Positions 21,801-33,300 of a stretch of 64,000 nt of DNA are shown here, piece by piece (the stretch's first letter is position 1; every line of letters begins with the position of its first letter). A model generated the notes under the pieces. The model was given only the letters and a program-made list of their open reading frames with translations. It had not been told where the DNA came from and searched no databases. Both the position numbers and the translations under genes were made by a program. The stretch is from positions 1,266,438 through 1,330,437 of the forward strand of contig CAJINV010000005.1 in the NCBI GenBank assembly GCA_905178155.1. The letters are read 5' to 3'. This DNA is from Amoebophrya sp. A120 (taxonomy: Eukaryota > Protista > Dinoflagellata).

Positions 21801-23685
21801 GAATCGAACAAGGTCCTCTACTCCGAGGGCGAGCACTCCCAGGTGGCGCCGGGGGGCAGCAACGCCGCTGCGGTCGTGTGGCAGAAACGGGCGGAAAGGG
21901 CGGGGTCAGGTACTTCTACAATTATCATGGAGTTACTTATTAAGTTGAAGTTCAAGGCCACGTCGAGGGTCAACATGTCGTGTGCTCTACAGGAACAAGG
22001 CAAAGACAATGACAATCGAGTCTACTGTCGTCATGCTTACTTACTTGCGTCACTCACAGTCAGACCCTCACCCTAAAAAATTTTAGGATTCATTCGCGGG
22101 GGCGGCAACCACAATTCCCACAGTCTGGATTTCCACTACACCGAGGGCTCACCCGGCCACGTCGAGTTGGATTCCTACGCATCCCCCGAAACTCAGCCCG
22201 GATCACGTTATCAAATGCAAAAATGTCTGGGTCTGGAAGAATCCGAACTTGTGATGCTGCATTTGGATTCCAAAAAAATCTGTATTGCATGACCAGCAAA
22301 GGGAATGCAATTTTGGCTACGCGGAGAGGGCATTTGTCATGCGGAATAGGTATCGCGAAGCCCTCAAAAAGTCTGTGATGCTAGGGCATGCATCACCGAC
22401 ATCATGGCCCATGCAAAACGTGCATGACAAGTCTCAGAATCTTCCAGACTCAGACATTTTTACATTTCATACACGTGCCCGCAAGTCCAAACTGGAAGCG
22501 ATCCGCAGCAACATCCTACACCAAATTTCCGGGGGCCCCCCGGCGTCCTCTTCCTCCAGCGACGGAGGTGGCATTTTATCTTCCCCCGGGCGACCCCCGC
22601 ACATCCCCTCGTCGTCGACTTTACCGACGATCGATTGCTGTCGGCAGTTGTTGCAATCGAGGACCGACGAGTACCTCACCGCGGAGGACTTGCAGAATAT
22701 CATCCCGAACCTCCCGAAAGACCAAAGCGAAAGGACCATCCGGAACGCGTTGCTCGATCTCTGCGACGAGTCGGAATTGAACGTCGAGCCGAGTCCCGCG
22801 TGCGGTTTCGAGGCGATCCACGAAACTTTGGAAGAGGGCTTTATGATGATCCGCCGGGAACTATCCTGAGCAAAAACGTCCCCACACTAGAGTCAAGATG
22901 GGAAATCTGCTAGACAAATCGAGTAGCTTTCGTTGTTTGGCATGACAAGTTTGTCCTCGTAGTGTAATCCTGTTGAGCTAGCTCCAGCAGCATCACAGAG
23001 CTAGCATAGCATGCTGATTAGAGCATCACAAATTCTACAACACGACTAGAAAATGCTTCTCATGGCGCTCCGCATGAGAAACTTTTTTGGCATGCAGATT
23101 TGCATAGCAACTCTGGGGTGGGGACGTTTTTCCTCATGATAGGAACTCGGGGAGATGACCGGGAACAAGAGTCTGAATCGAGGAGTTGGGGGGCCTGGGT
23201 TGCTGAAGAAACAGTCCAGTGCTGGTCCCAGTCCCATTTTGGCCGCACCCAGTCCTGTTGCATTGGTAACGAGCGCAGGAACAGGGCGAGAACATCAACT
23301 GGGTCAACCTCAGCCGACAACTTCTACCGCTCCCGCAACGGTTGTCTCCACGCCTGTGCAACAAGAGCAGAATACCACGAATCTTTCTACGGAAGAGAGA
23401 TTATCCAGGATAGAAAATCAATTGTCCCAACTGACGCAACTGCTGGTAGCCCAGCAACAAACCTACGACTTGAAATTCGACTACAGCAGGAGGCCGAGTC
23501 ATATGAACGGAGAAGGTGGAGTCGTTGACCAAGACGAGGTGCGGATTTACGAGCCGGGACGGCTAACCCCAAGCTCGTTCTTCTTCTGCACTAATCCGCC
23601 AGTAACGCAACAAATCGGAGGTGGTGGTGGTGCAGCCACGGCGGTGCAGCAGCCGCGGAGTAGAAGTGGCAGCACGCAACTGTGA
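15871..23685 (+). CDS. Polycystin-2 (PKD2/TRPP)-like cation channel, multi-exon; 5' end uncertain
   Basis: Spliced product has DVHTVADVYSWL, LVGAVRLTQ, YFGLWNVVDW, RLFKGFSAQPRLGVVTNTI, GVIVFG..L.EFATL, FGDFDWE and LIMLNMLLAIILDTY. Contains 9 introners plus GT-AG introns (e.g. 18194-18377). Confidence 0.85.
16527..16847. mobile_element. TIR introner, family B
   Basis: tatcaaagtgaaaaaagcccccaccccatatc...gatatggggagggggcatttttcattgtaata; TSD TTCCG; removal gives KGIS-EGMLLDW. Confidence 0.88.
16899..17049. mobile_element. TIR introner, family D
   Basis: tatgaaatgcaaaagcatcg...cgatacttttgcacaggata; TSD GAGCA; removal gives NDE-QACLQLPF. Confidence 0.88.
17111..18106. mobile_element. TIR introner, family A, carrying a nested 694-bp insertion
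   Basis: TSD CTTGT; removal gives FAAL-SVLTLG. Confidence 0.85.
17350..18043. mobile_element. Nested insertion flanked by a 15-bp direct repeat
   Basis: tgcaacatatgcatg at 17335-17349 and 18044-18058. Confidence 0.75.
19124..19699. mobile_element. TIR introner, family C, with nested insertion
   Basis: tatcctgagtaaaaacgtac...gtacgtttttactcaggata; TSD CTTTC; removal gives CYIF-LQEVTEI. Confidence 0.9.
19301..19579 (-). mobile_element. Nested SINE/LINE-fragment-like insertion with a 14-bp tandem-repeat end
   Basis: 18-bp direct repeat agcatcacaaattccaaa (19283-300, 19580-97); 4x tatattgattctca at one end. Confidence 0.65.
19828..20036. mobile_element. TIR introner, family E
   Basis: tatcgcaagacaaaactgtttcactg...cagtgaaacagttttttcgtgggata; TSD CTCCT; removal gives ACS-LIGFYF. 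Confidence 0.88.
20071..20388. mobile_element. TIR introner, family F
   Basis: ~38-bp TIR tatggaagcgccaggattgaaatcatcaaagttgaaat; TSD ACACC; removal gives YLNT-FVMDLK. Confidence 0.88.
20774..21106. mobile_element. TIR introner, family B
   Basis: TSD TGGGA; removal gives GDFDW-ERTSRI. Confidence 0.88.
22209..22471. mobile_element. TIR introner, family A
   Basis: TSD CACGT; removal gives QPGSR-ARKSK. Confidence 0.9.
22862..23141. mobile_element. TIR introner, family C
   Basis: TSD GGAAC; removal gives IRRE-LGEMT. Confidence 0.9.
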
Positions 23686-24461
23686 GAATAGGATTCTGTC
23701 TTCGTTCAGCACGATTTCATACAAGACCGATTGTGATTCAATTTTAAACAAGGGTTTTTATCAAGTCCTTTCGAGAAACAACAGATCGGCATCGGAAATA
23801 ACGTGTAGTTGCACCTAGTACAATATGCAAGGTGGACGAACAAGCAAAGCAATAGAAAGTGAAAGTGCGAACATCGGCCATAGCAAGAAATTTTAATTTT
23901 TGTTTTCGACGCACATCACGTTCAGGTTCGCTGGACAATATCTTCACAGGAGGAGCATCAGGAATTATTGCGCCAACATAATGTAGTTGAACGGACGCTT
24001 ACAGCACGCCATATATTCTTGAATTGATGAGTCGACTTTCATTGGCAGTCTCAATTCAAAGACCCAAAACTCGAACGCGAATAGGCTTGCTTCTGAGGCA
24101 CAAAAACTTCTATATACTAATCGACGCGATGAATTATGTTTATGCTACGCACAAGATGTTGAAGTTGAATGGACAGAAGTAATAAATGTCAAGGTTGTGG
24201 AGTCGCTCCGGCCTGCTCGTTTGTCCTTTCGCGTTCCTTTGTCGCGCTGCTGTTTTATTCGAGTGAAGAGTTTTTCTTTTTCCTGCCGGTTTCGGTCACA
24301 CGAAATAAGTTCTGGTCTATGTAAGTATTCCGATATCTATTACCACAGCTTTCCTTTTGTGTTTTTCTTTTTACCGCTGTTGCCATGTGACACAGCCACG
24401 CTCCTTCTTGGTCACGATCTGGTATGCTCTTTCTTTTTCGGACTATGCCCAACTAGTTCTC

Positions 24462-25073
24462 ATGGACGAGGAGGAGGACGGTTACTGTACTGGAAACACG
24501 ACAAGGGCAAGACCTCCTGGAGCAGCTGCTACCGGAACAACTACTGGTACTTCTAGTAGTCCCCAGCGGGGGGCGCGGGAAGATGTTGTTGAATCCCGCC
24601 CCCGCGGCCCGGACGCTGCACACCAGCGCGATGAAGTTCGGCTCTTGATTGTCGGCACGGGCGAGCGATCGGCCTCGCACGTGGGATGGTGGGCACCGGA
24701 CGTCACCGAGGAGGACGCGAGGAAGGCGAAGCGGAGGCTCAAACTGCAAGCAAGAAACCAGCCGGTAGAAGAAGAAGTTCCGCCCGACGCAGATACTTTG
24801 GCGAAGCTGGAGGCACAGATCTGCCTGGAACAAGTCGACAAAGCCTTCGCAGCGTACGTGGCGGAACATCAGTTGTGGCATGTGGCGGCGGCTGGCTCGT
24901 GGCACCCGGACATCACGGTCGCAGACACAACGAACGTGGAGAGCGACGAGGAGCCTTGGGCGTATTTGCGAGTCGATGAAATTCCGGAGGAATACCGCTG
25001 GCTGCTGTATTCGGAAGCAGAGTGGCATGATCTGGACGCATTTGTCGAAACAAGTAAAGGTAGTGGTATGTAG
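24462..25073 (+). CDS. Hypothetical acidic protein
   Basis: Open frame MDEEEDG...SGM with coding-like composition; no recognised motif. Confidence 0.45.
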   Translation: MDEEEDGYCTGNTTRARPPGAAATGTTTGTSSSPQRGAREDVVESRPRGPDAAHQRDEVRLLIVGTGERSASHVGWWAPDVTEEDARKAKRRLKLQARNQPVEEEVPPDADTLAKLEAQICLEQVDKAFAAYVAEHQLWHVAAAGSWHPDITVADTTNVESDEEPWAYLRVDEIPEEYRWLLYSEAEWHDLDAFVETSKGSGM

Positions 25074-25885
25074 TGAGGTCACGAACGTTCTAATCTAGCG
25101 ATCTTTTTGACATGTCTTATCCAAAACGACCGGCAGTTTTCAAGTGGCCGGAGGTGTTTTTGAGCATAAAAGATTCCCATTTATCAAGCAGCCGGGGCTT
25201 TGTTGTCAAAAAAGCCCGAGCCAATTCTATCGATTCACGCTTGATAAAACGACGCAGCGGAGCCGGCAAAAGGGGCGCCCTTCTGAGGCGCCCGCCGCAT
25301 CTGTTTCCGTCGATTTGGGGCGCCCAAAAAGGGACGCCCAAAAAGCAGCACTCCGAAAAAAACAGCGAATCCGCATAGTATGGGCCTCATTTTGGCCCAC
25401 ATCCAGGCCTCGCAAAAGACGCGACCAAAGTCCGCCATTTCAGAGGCGGACTGAAGGCCAGAAGATGCGGCATTTTGCCAAAAAAAAAAACAAAAAAACA
25501 AAGTCCGCCAAAAGCAAAAAGCCAACCCGCATGCTATGGGCCCGATTTGGGGCTCCCAAGGGTCCGTCCCTGGCGCGGGCCCTGGCGGGGCCATAGCATG
25601 CGGGGAAGGTTTTTCGATTCGAAACCAAATGGAGGCAAGCTCTGGAGTGAGATTTTTAGCGACCGCCGTGCCGTCGTGCATAACATTACTCGCGATGGTA
25701 TGGTGGGCAGAGAAGTTGCGTCTTTTTTGGCGTGAAGACAAAAAGACCGCCGTGGCCTCACTACCTCCGCGGACGCGGCTATTATTGGTACTGTACTATC
25801 CAAGCTGACCACCCGGGAGAAGCTTTTCGCCAAAGTCGCTCAGCTCACAAACGCAACCGCGATCTCTTCCTACGAGACGGTCGAT

Positions 25886-26779
25886 ATGTTCCTGCTGCCA
25901 CCCAGCACGGGGCACTGCGAGACTTTTGTGAAGACGGCGAACGAAAAGGCCATGGCTCATGCAAAGCTAGACCAGCACCAGCGGCAGCCGCCAGTGTTCG
26001 CCGGACATACCCGTGACAACTTCCAGACTTTTCTTCTAGCCCGGGCAGGAGGACGAGGAGGAGAGGTGGAAGCAGCAAAAATACAGCCCTTCGATGTGAT
26101 CTGGTTCTGCGGGGTCACAAATCCGCACTACTTGGTTCCCGACCGGGGAGCAGACGCTGTTCCATCCCGCTCCGAATTTCTCCGCGCGTTGCAAAAGGTG
26201 CTAGCAGTGGACGGCTTCGTCGTCTATTCCGACGGATTCGAGAGAATGACCAGCGTTGCAAGTTGTAATGCAGCTCTTGTTGCACCAGCATCAGGAGACG
26301 AGAGCGACGCCGACGTCGACCAAGCCCCCCCGGAGCAAGTGGACAAGTTGAGCAGCATGGGCTTTCGCAAGAATTTAGATAGGCTCGAGCCACTTTTGAA
26401 GCGGCGCAGCGCGTACGAGTATGCCGACGCGGCGGAGAAGGTTTGCTGGTTTCTTCGGTTTTTGGAGGAGGAGCCAAACGACGAGGGTATTTACCGGCTC
26501 GATAGGATGAGGGGCGGGGAAAAGGGTAAATCCTGTTCCTTGCGGCCACGGGGGTGTTGTAGTCGTGCCCGGCGGGAAATCGCGTGGTTGATAACCATGG
26601 TGAAGTTGTTTCTCGTGGTACTGTTGCGGCGTAAGAAGAAAAGTCTGACAAAACTCCTGCTGTTCTCCGTGGCCACTTTAGTCTCAATTGTTGCCATTTT
26701 AGTGGCACAACTTCTCAGGAGGAGATCTACAGATACAGTCTCAGATACGAACTTACATGCCATAAATGAAAATTTTTGA
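25886..26779 (+). CDS. Hypothetical protein, weak class-I methyltransferase-like motifs, C-terminal hydrophobic segment
   Basis: PFDVIWF...FLRALQKVLAVDGFVVYSD resembles SAM-MTase motifs; exon structure unresolved. Confidence 0.35.
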   Translation: MFLLPPSTGHCETFVKTANEKAMAHAKLDQHQRQPPVFAGHTRDNFQTFLLARAGGRGGEVEAAKIQPFDVIWFCGVTNPHYLVPDRGADAVPSRSEFLRALQKVLAVDGFVVYSDGFERMTSVASCNAALVAPASGDESDADVDQAPPEQVDKLSSMGFRKNLDRLEPLLKRRSAYEYADAAEKVCWFLRFLEEEPNDEGIYRLDRMRGGEKGKSCSLRPRGCCSRARREIAWLITMVKLFLVVLLRRKKKSLTKLLLFSVATLVSIVAILVAQLLRRRSTDTVSDTNLHAINENF

Positions 26780-27396
26780 AGCCAATGGGGCATATAATTT
26801 GCCGGCGAACTTTTATCCTGCACTTGTCTGTCATTACTTGAATATGCGATGTGATTCTTGTCTGTGCTCCATCGTAATAATTTGCGTCAGTTTTTTTGTG
26901 TCTGTCGTCTCCTTCATAAGTCGTTGTCGTCCACGTGTCGTCGTGCTAAAGCGTCGTGGCACAATCGTCTGTTTCGTCGTATTAACTTCAACGTCTCGGT
27001 TTCGTGCAAGAAGCTTTGAAGGAACACGAACAACAATAGTGGTTTTTGCTTCCTCGTCATTCGGTCCTTTACTTAGGTTTACGTTTAAGTACTCCCCTCG
27101 TCCACTTGTGGTAATCCTGAATCGTGCGGGTCCGCGCTGATGATTCTTTCACTCTCTGGATCGTCATTTCTTATTTGCTCAGCTACCATAGTAACCACGA
27201 GGACATCACCCACTTACCCATAAAAATGATGCTGTCCCCCACTGTAGTACAATGGCCCATTGAACAACAAAAATCCTGTATTTTTCTGTAGCCATAGACA
27301 TCCTCACCCCATAATCCATAAAGCCAGGCTCGTCCATGTTGCAGCTCCAGCACCTACTCTAGACAATCGCCCCAGGAACATCAAACATTCGGTAGC

Positions 27397-30300
27397 ATGA
27401 ACCTCGACGTAAAGCCTGAGGTCGTTTCCGGCCACCCGGCCAACGTGTGGAACCGTGAGCATGCGGACAAAGCGAAAAAAGAGCGCGAATGGCAGGCGGA
27501 GCGGAACAGCGCGGTGTTCGGCGTCGACACCTCCCCGCGGAACAGCAAACAATCGAGGGACAGCTCTACTGATCGCAATTCGCGATCGCAGTCCCGATCC
27601 CGCAGTCCGAAGTCTCCGAGGAGCCCCAGGTCGAGCAAATCCCCGCCGCCGCCGCAGGTGCTCGAGGAGGAGATCATAGAGGATATTAAAGACCAGAAAG
27701 ACAAAAAACCAAAACGCCTCGCCAACGGCTCCGTCGGGGGAATCCGAAGGGAATCGCACACGGGGAAAGTGGTCAGAACGGGCTCGCCTGGCTCGCTAAA
27801 TCGATTACATAAGGACCTACCAACCTTCCAGTTCCCGCCGGATTTTTCCAAGGGGGAGAGATTGAAGACCCCGCCGGCGAAATTCTCCGGCTCTGGGAAC
27901 TTAGATCAGTTCGGGACGACGTGGCAGAGTTTGACTTCGATCAACGAGCAGACGAAGCCGGACCCGCAACACGTGTTCGAGTTCGGCACGAAATTGACCT
28001 GCACGAATTTGGATCCGCAGCTCCCGTTTTCCACACGGCAATGCGGGCTGCACAGTCCGAGGGAGACCGGATTAACGGGGTCGGCCTGCATGACAGTGCC
28101 GAAGCCACTGCATATTCCCAGAGTGCCTGAGGTAGATGAAGAGGAGCGGAAGCTACCTTTGTCTGGCTGCGTTCATAAACGGAGCTTCGTGGACACAAAT
28201 GATATTCTTGTTGGGGCGAAAAAGATGAAGTCACCGCGTGCTTCTTCGCCTGTAGGTACTTCCACCGGGGAACAACATCAAGCGGCGTCGAAGCCGAAAC
28301 CACAGAAAACGCCGATGCCAACGTACACAGACGGATTCAAGCTTTCGCGGTCCGACGAATATCTTCGTTCGGTTTTAGGTGACCTCGGCCCGAATGCCTC
28401 CCCGAGATTAGGTTCCCCTTCTGGTGCGGAAAAGTTCGATCTCTTCTGCCTGGCTCCGACAGGGCCCGATTTGACAGGCGGGCTCGTGCAGCATCAACAT
28501 CAGCAGCTGCAAGAAGGAGTAGACCACTTGTTCTCAGGAACAAGTGCGGATTTGCTCGCCGCCGACACGACCTCCACCCTACTTCCCACAGCAACTGCGA
28601 CCGGCCAAGGCATCGCCAGCACCAAGCCCGCGCCGGCCTTTTTGGTACCGGATAGCCTGAGCCGCAGGAAAATTGTTCCCGGGACGGGGGGAAGTTTTAA
28701 GTCGCATTCGCCGCCGTCGAGAAAATTCCCGGTGAAAGCGGCGCACCATTTGAACTCCTCCTCGATTTCGCACGGAAAGAAATTCCAGTCTTCTATCGCC
28801 GCAAAGTCCATTGGCTCGTGGCAGCACCTCGCGCCGAGGAGGTCTTTAGAGCCCGAGCACATCCAGCAAAGATTCGAAGCGGCGCTGGCCTTGGAGGAGG
28901 ACGCTTTGGAGGAATTGCGGAAAACACAACTGGAAAAAGTAAAGAAGCAAAGATTATCCCGGGATAAGGTTCAGCAGGACCGGATCAAAGCGAAGGTCAC
29001 GTGGCTACGAAATCTGGAAGACAGCGAAAAGATGGAGCAGAGACTTATGAAATGTAAAAATGTCTGGGTCTGGAAACTTGTGATGCTGGGTGGCGTCTCA
29101 TGATGAGGCTACAAAAGCTGGCTCAGCATGACAAGTTTCTGAGCTCCTAGGTGTTGCCTATTCTGCATGACAAACTGCGCTTCTGCATCACAGAAAAACG
29201 GAGCTCTTGGGTAACGTGCATGACAGATTTAAGAGTCATGCCAGACAAGCATGACAAACGTGAACTCTTCCAGACCCAGACATTTTTACATTTGATAAGA
29301 CTCAGCAAGAAGCAAAACATGCTGAAGGAGGAAAGACGAAGGGTGATCGCGGAGGCCAACACGAGACTCGCGAGTCCAGAGTTAGATAGGCAAAAAGCGG
29401 TGGATCCCACGAAAGTGCTGAAAGACGTTCTGAATTTCGTCGATAAAGAAACATTTGTCTTCGACGCGAAGACGATGAAAATAAGTAGCGTTGCGCAGCA
29501 GCAGGGCACTGGTAGTACAGGAAAAGGGAAGGGCAAAGGAGGCAGTGGTGCTGCAAGTGCCGCTGGTTCACCTTCGAATAAACAGCAAGCGGGTACTAGT
29601 ACTAGCAGCGGAGCTGGTCTTGTTCAAAAGACCGTCGACAGTGCGGTTCTTTCCACGGGGGAAGTAGGAGAACAACCGCAGCACAACTATCAACCCCAAC
29701 AGCAACCGTTAGTGCAACAGCGTTCCGTTTCCTTCCAGCTAGATCCGATTGAGGAGATCCCGCGGTCCGAATCCCCACCGGATGACGACATTTCCAGCCT
29801 GATCCACGATTTCGAATTCTTCGCGCCGCCGTCTCCCGAGGGCGAAGGCGGAAGTGGATTTCACGACCACCTTTCGTCCGGCGATAATGCTCTTCACGGC
29901 GATCTTCGTGATGCAACCAACACCAAAAACACCGACTTCGGCATGAGGGCGTCTTCTTGGCGAACTGTCGATATGTCCGCGAACGCGGGGGGAGACGGCC
30001 TGTTCTCTGACGAATTTGGGCCCCTACCGCCGATGCGAAGAGGTGACGACTTCGGCTTCGACAGGAGGCCGGGCACCGCTTCTTCCGGCACGCCGAGTAG
30101 CGACGAGAGATTGGGAACCCCGAACTTGTTCCCGTTTCATGATAGTACAGGAGGAGAAGCAAAAATAGCAACCTCCTCCAGCTCCTCTACAGGCGATAAA
30201 AATCACGCGAACAGGAGGGGAGGCGGCGGCGGAAACCAGCGCAGGAGGGGGCCGAGTCACGACAGAGCTATGCTGGCAGGACAAGGAGATAATCAACAAG

Positions 30301-33300
30301 ACTATGTGGAGCAGCGCGGGCGACGAGGAAACAGAGTAGATCAACTGCATGCCGGCAGCTCAAATAGATCTGCGAAGAAAGCAACTACCTTCGACCCCGA
30401 CCTCGGGTTCTTCGAGCCGGCGAAAACACCCTCGAAGCACCCGGAGAAGCAGAAGCACGTCGACATGATGATTTCCTCTGGCGAGATGCTGCAAATCGGG
30501 AAACGGTATATGATCTTTCGCCAGCCCTCTCTGCGCCGGAATTGGAACCACTGGCACCCGAGAGACGGAAGACGGAGGCACCGGTCCATGTCGGTGACGT
30601 TCCCAGGGCCGGAGAAGAACTTCACCGGGACGAGCTTTCTGTCTACCTCGGACCGATTCTTCGACGAGATCCAGCGCGCACCGGTGAAACTGAAGACCGC
30701 GAAGTTGGACATGCGGGTCTTCACGAGTGTCAAGTGGCCCCCAGACGGCGCGCACTACCGGCGGGGCGCGTGTTTACCCCTCGCGTACGGCCGGGAACCC
30801 ATGCTGTTGGATATGTGCAGCAGGGACGAGCAGAAGGTGTTAGCGAGGAGCCGGACCCCCGTCGGCGCGGGGGACATCGCCGTTTCCCGGCACGACGTCC
30901 ACACCTACCCGAACAACCAAACGCTCCACCCGGGAAAGCGGTCCGCCTGGTCGGCCGGCCCGATCTCCGTCGCGCACGTGACGAAATACGGCACGATTCT
31001 GCCGGAATACCCTTCGGTGGAACAAATCCACTACATGACGAAGCGGGTCCCGATTCTCTGGCCGCAGGAGGAGGCGGAAGTCGATAAGTTGTCCCACACC
31101 TGGTCGCCGGGGGATAGGTACTACCTCGCGCAAGAACGGGACGTCAGAATGCGCGCGAAAGACTACGACAATTTCGACGGTGGTGGTGGACTGAATAACA
31201 ATGGAGAGGACAACAACACAGACAATCTCATCACGGTCACGCACGGCGAGGTGGTTTCTGGCCTTACGGGCGGCACGCTGTTCGATTACGATTTCGTGGC
31301 TCCGACGGGCACCGGCGCTACCTTCGCAGACGGGAATGATGCGTTGGCGTTACCCTCTGGGCCGGCGCGAACGCCGCCGATGGCCCTGCCGGGATTGTAT
31401 AACTTTTACATCGAGCCGGTTCCGCCACCGCGAGGTCCCGAGGTGCCAGCCGCGAAGGTGGGGTTGGTGTTGGCGAAGCGGAATTCAAAGGTTCTGAACG
31501 ATGATAATATAAATCACCACTACCTGTCCACCGAGTCCGTGAACAGCATGAACACGTCCGCGTATCAAGTGCACCAGTCGATGCTAGAACACGAGCAGAA
31601 GAACTCAGTCTTCAAAAGCCACCGCGTAGAGCAACTGCACCCGAGACATTTGACGAGAAACCTGCCGTTGAAAACGTTTATCAACTTGAAACCCGAGATG
31701 GTGTTCGAGCACTACGGAATCCGGCCGGAATTGGTGGAGCGCGGGGTGCGGATAAATGCAGCCATGAACATCCGGACGGGGGAGGATTTGGACCCAAACG
31801 AGCTCTATTTCCGCTCCAAAGGTATGAGAAAAATGCAGCACGAGCATCGGGTAGACGCGTACAACGCGGTGGAGCCGACCTTGGAGCCGTTTCCGATATT
31901 GCGGCTCCCGCAGTTGCGGGAGCGACACAAAGCGCACGAGCGAATGATGCTGCAGGGGATTCAGTTCCCGGGGGCGGAGGAGGCTGATGTGGAACAGGAA
32001 GAAGTTCCGTTGGAGGAAATGCCGCTGGGGATGTTGGTACGGGCGAACAGACAGAAGAAGGAGGAGCTGGCACGGATAGAGAAGGAAGAGCAGGAGGAGG
32101 CTGCGAAGTTGGCAGCAGCTGGGGGAGCAGAGGACCGCGACGAGCTGGCCGGAGCTGCAACAGTATCCCCGGCAGCTCCAGCTGAAGGAGAGCAGGAAGG
32201 CGGTAATAAAGACGCAGAAGAAAGCAAGGCAAACCCAAACGGGGGGCAGCAGACCATTCTGGAGCAATACAAACACATCCGGGCATTGAAACGCCCGAAA
32301 AGAAAGCACCTGTGGCACACGGACCACCGCGATATGAAGGCGATTTCGGAAACGTATGCGGGCCAACACGGCGTGCTTCCCACTTTGTCCCAATCACGAG
32401 CCCAGGAGATCGCCCGCGCGATCCAGTTTTCCCCGAACACGACGGGAAATAGCTGGACGAAGACCTCCCAATACAGCCATTCCTGGGAAACCTCCTCTTC
32501 CGCGGTCGGGCGATCTGACCGGGGTTTCACACCCGCGGCGGAAGATCCGGACCCACATCTCCGGGGCACCGGGTTCGAGTACGATCCGGAGAAGGACGCG
32601 AGATCCCCCCCGATGGTGTACCCGCCGTACGACGATTTGTTCGACGACCGGCGGTATAAAGTTGCGATGCTTTTACTGGAGAGAAAGTTGCGAGCGCGGG
32701 CGAGGAACATGCTACTCGCGCAGCGCGCGGCGGATAGGATTGCCGAGCTAGAAGCTCTCGCCGCGGCTCGCCGGCGACAAATGCTGGAGAATTTAGGGTT
32801 CTTTGACAAATTTGGTCTAAAAGGCCGGCACGGGTTTGACGACATGGAGAGCGACATGCGGAACAACATGGACCGGAAATTGTCCGCGCAGAGTCCAAGA
32901 ACCGGGTTGAATGCAGCCGGTTTGGATGGAAAGGGCCCTCTGGGCGTGCGGTCGAGGAAGGAGCGGCTCCGGGCGGTGATGCTGGGACTGACCCTGGCCG
33001 TGGAAAAGGATCGGGAGATGCGCAACTACAAGCCCATTGACTTCACGAAAGAATATTTCGGACCGAATCAGGAGAAGTGGTGGGTGTTTCCGCCGAACTC
33101 GGTCTTCGCCGAGACGCTGAACGAACCCATGCGAGTTCTGGTCGGATTGTTCGCACGGGAACAGGTCCCCTCCGCAATTTTGTCTGCATCTCTCCCCGCG
33201 AGCCCAGCTGGAGTTCGGGTAGCTAGTCCGAGCGGGAGAGGAGCCGCCAGAGGTGGAGCTGCGGCTAGTGGAGCAGGAGGCGCACATCAACCAGAATCTT

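Noticed and set aside
25526-25604. 14-bp inverted repeat cccgcatgctatgg / ccatagcatgcggg as an introner
   Set aside because: No TAT/ATA ends or 5-bp TSD, and it is not clearly in a CDS.
31605-33290. Long minus-strand ORFs (also 40213-41526, 44023-45285, 50605-51777)
   Set aside because: Antisense shadows of GC-rich + strand coding exons; no recognisable motifs.
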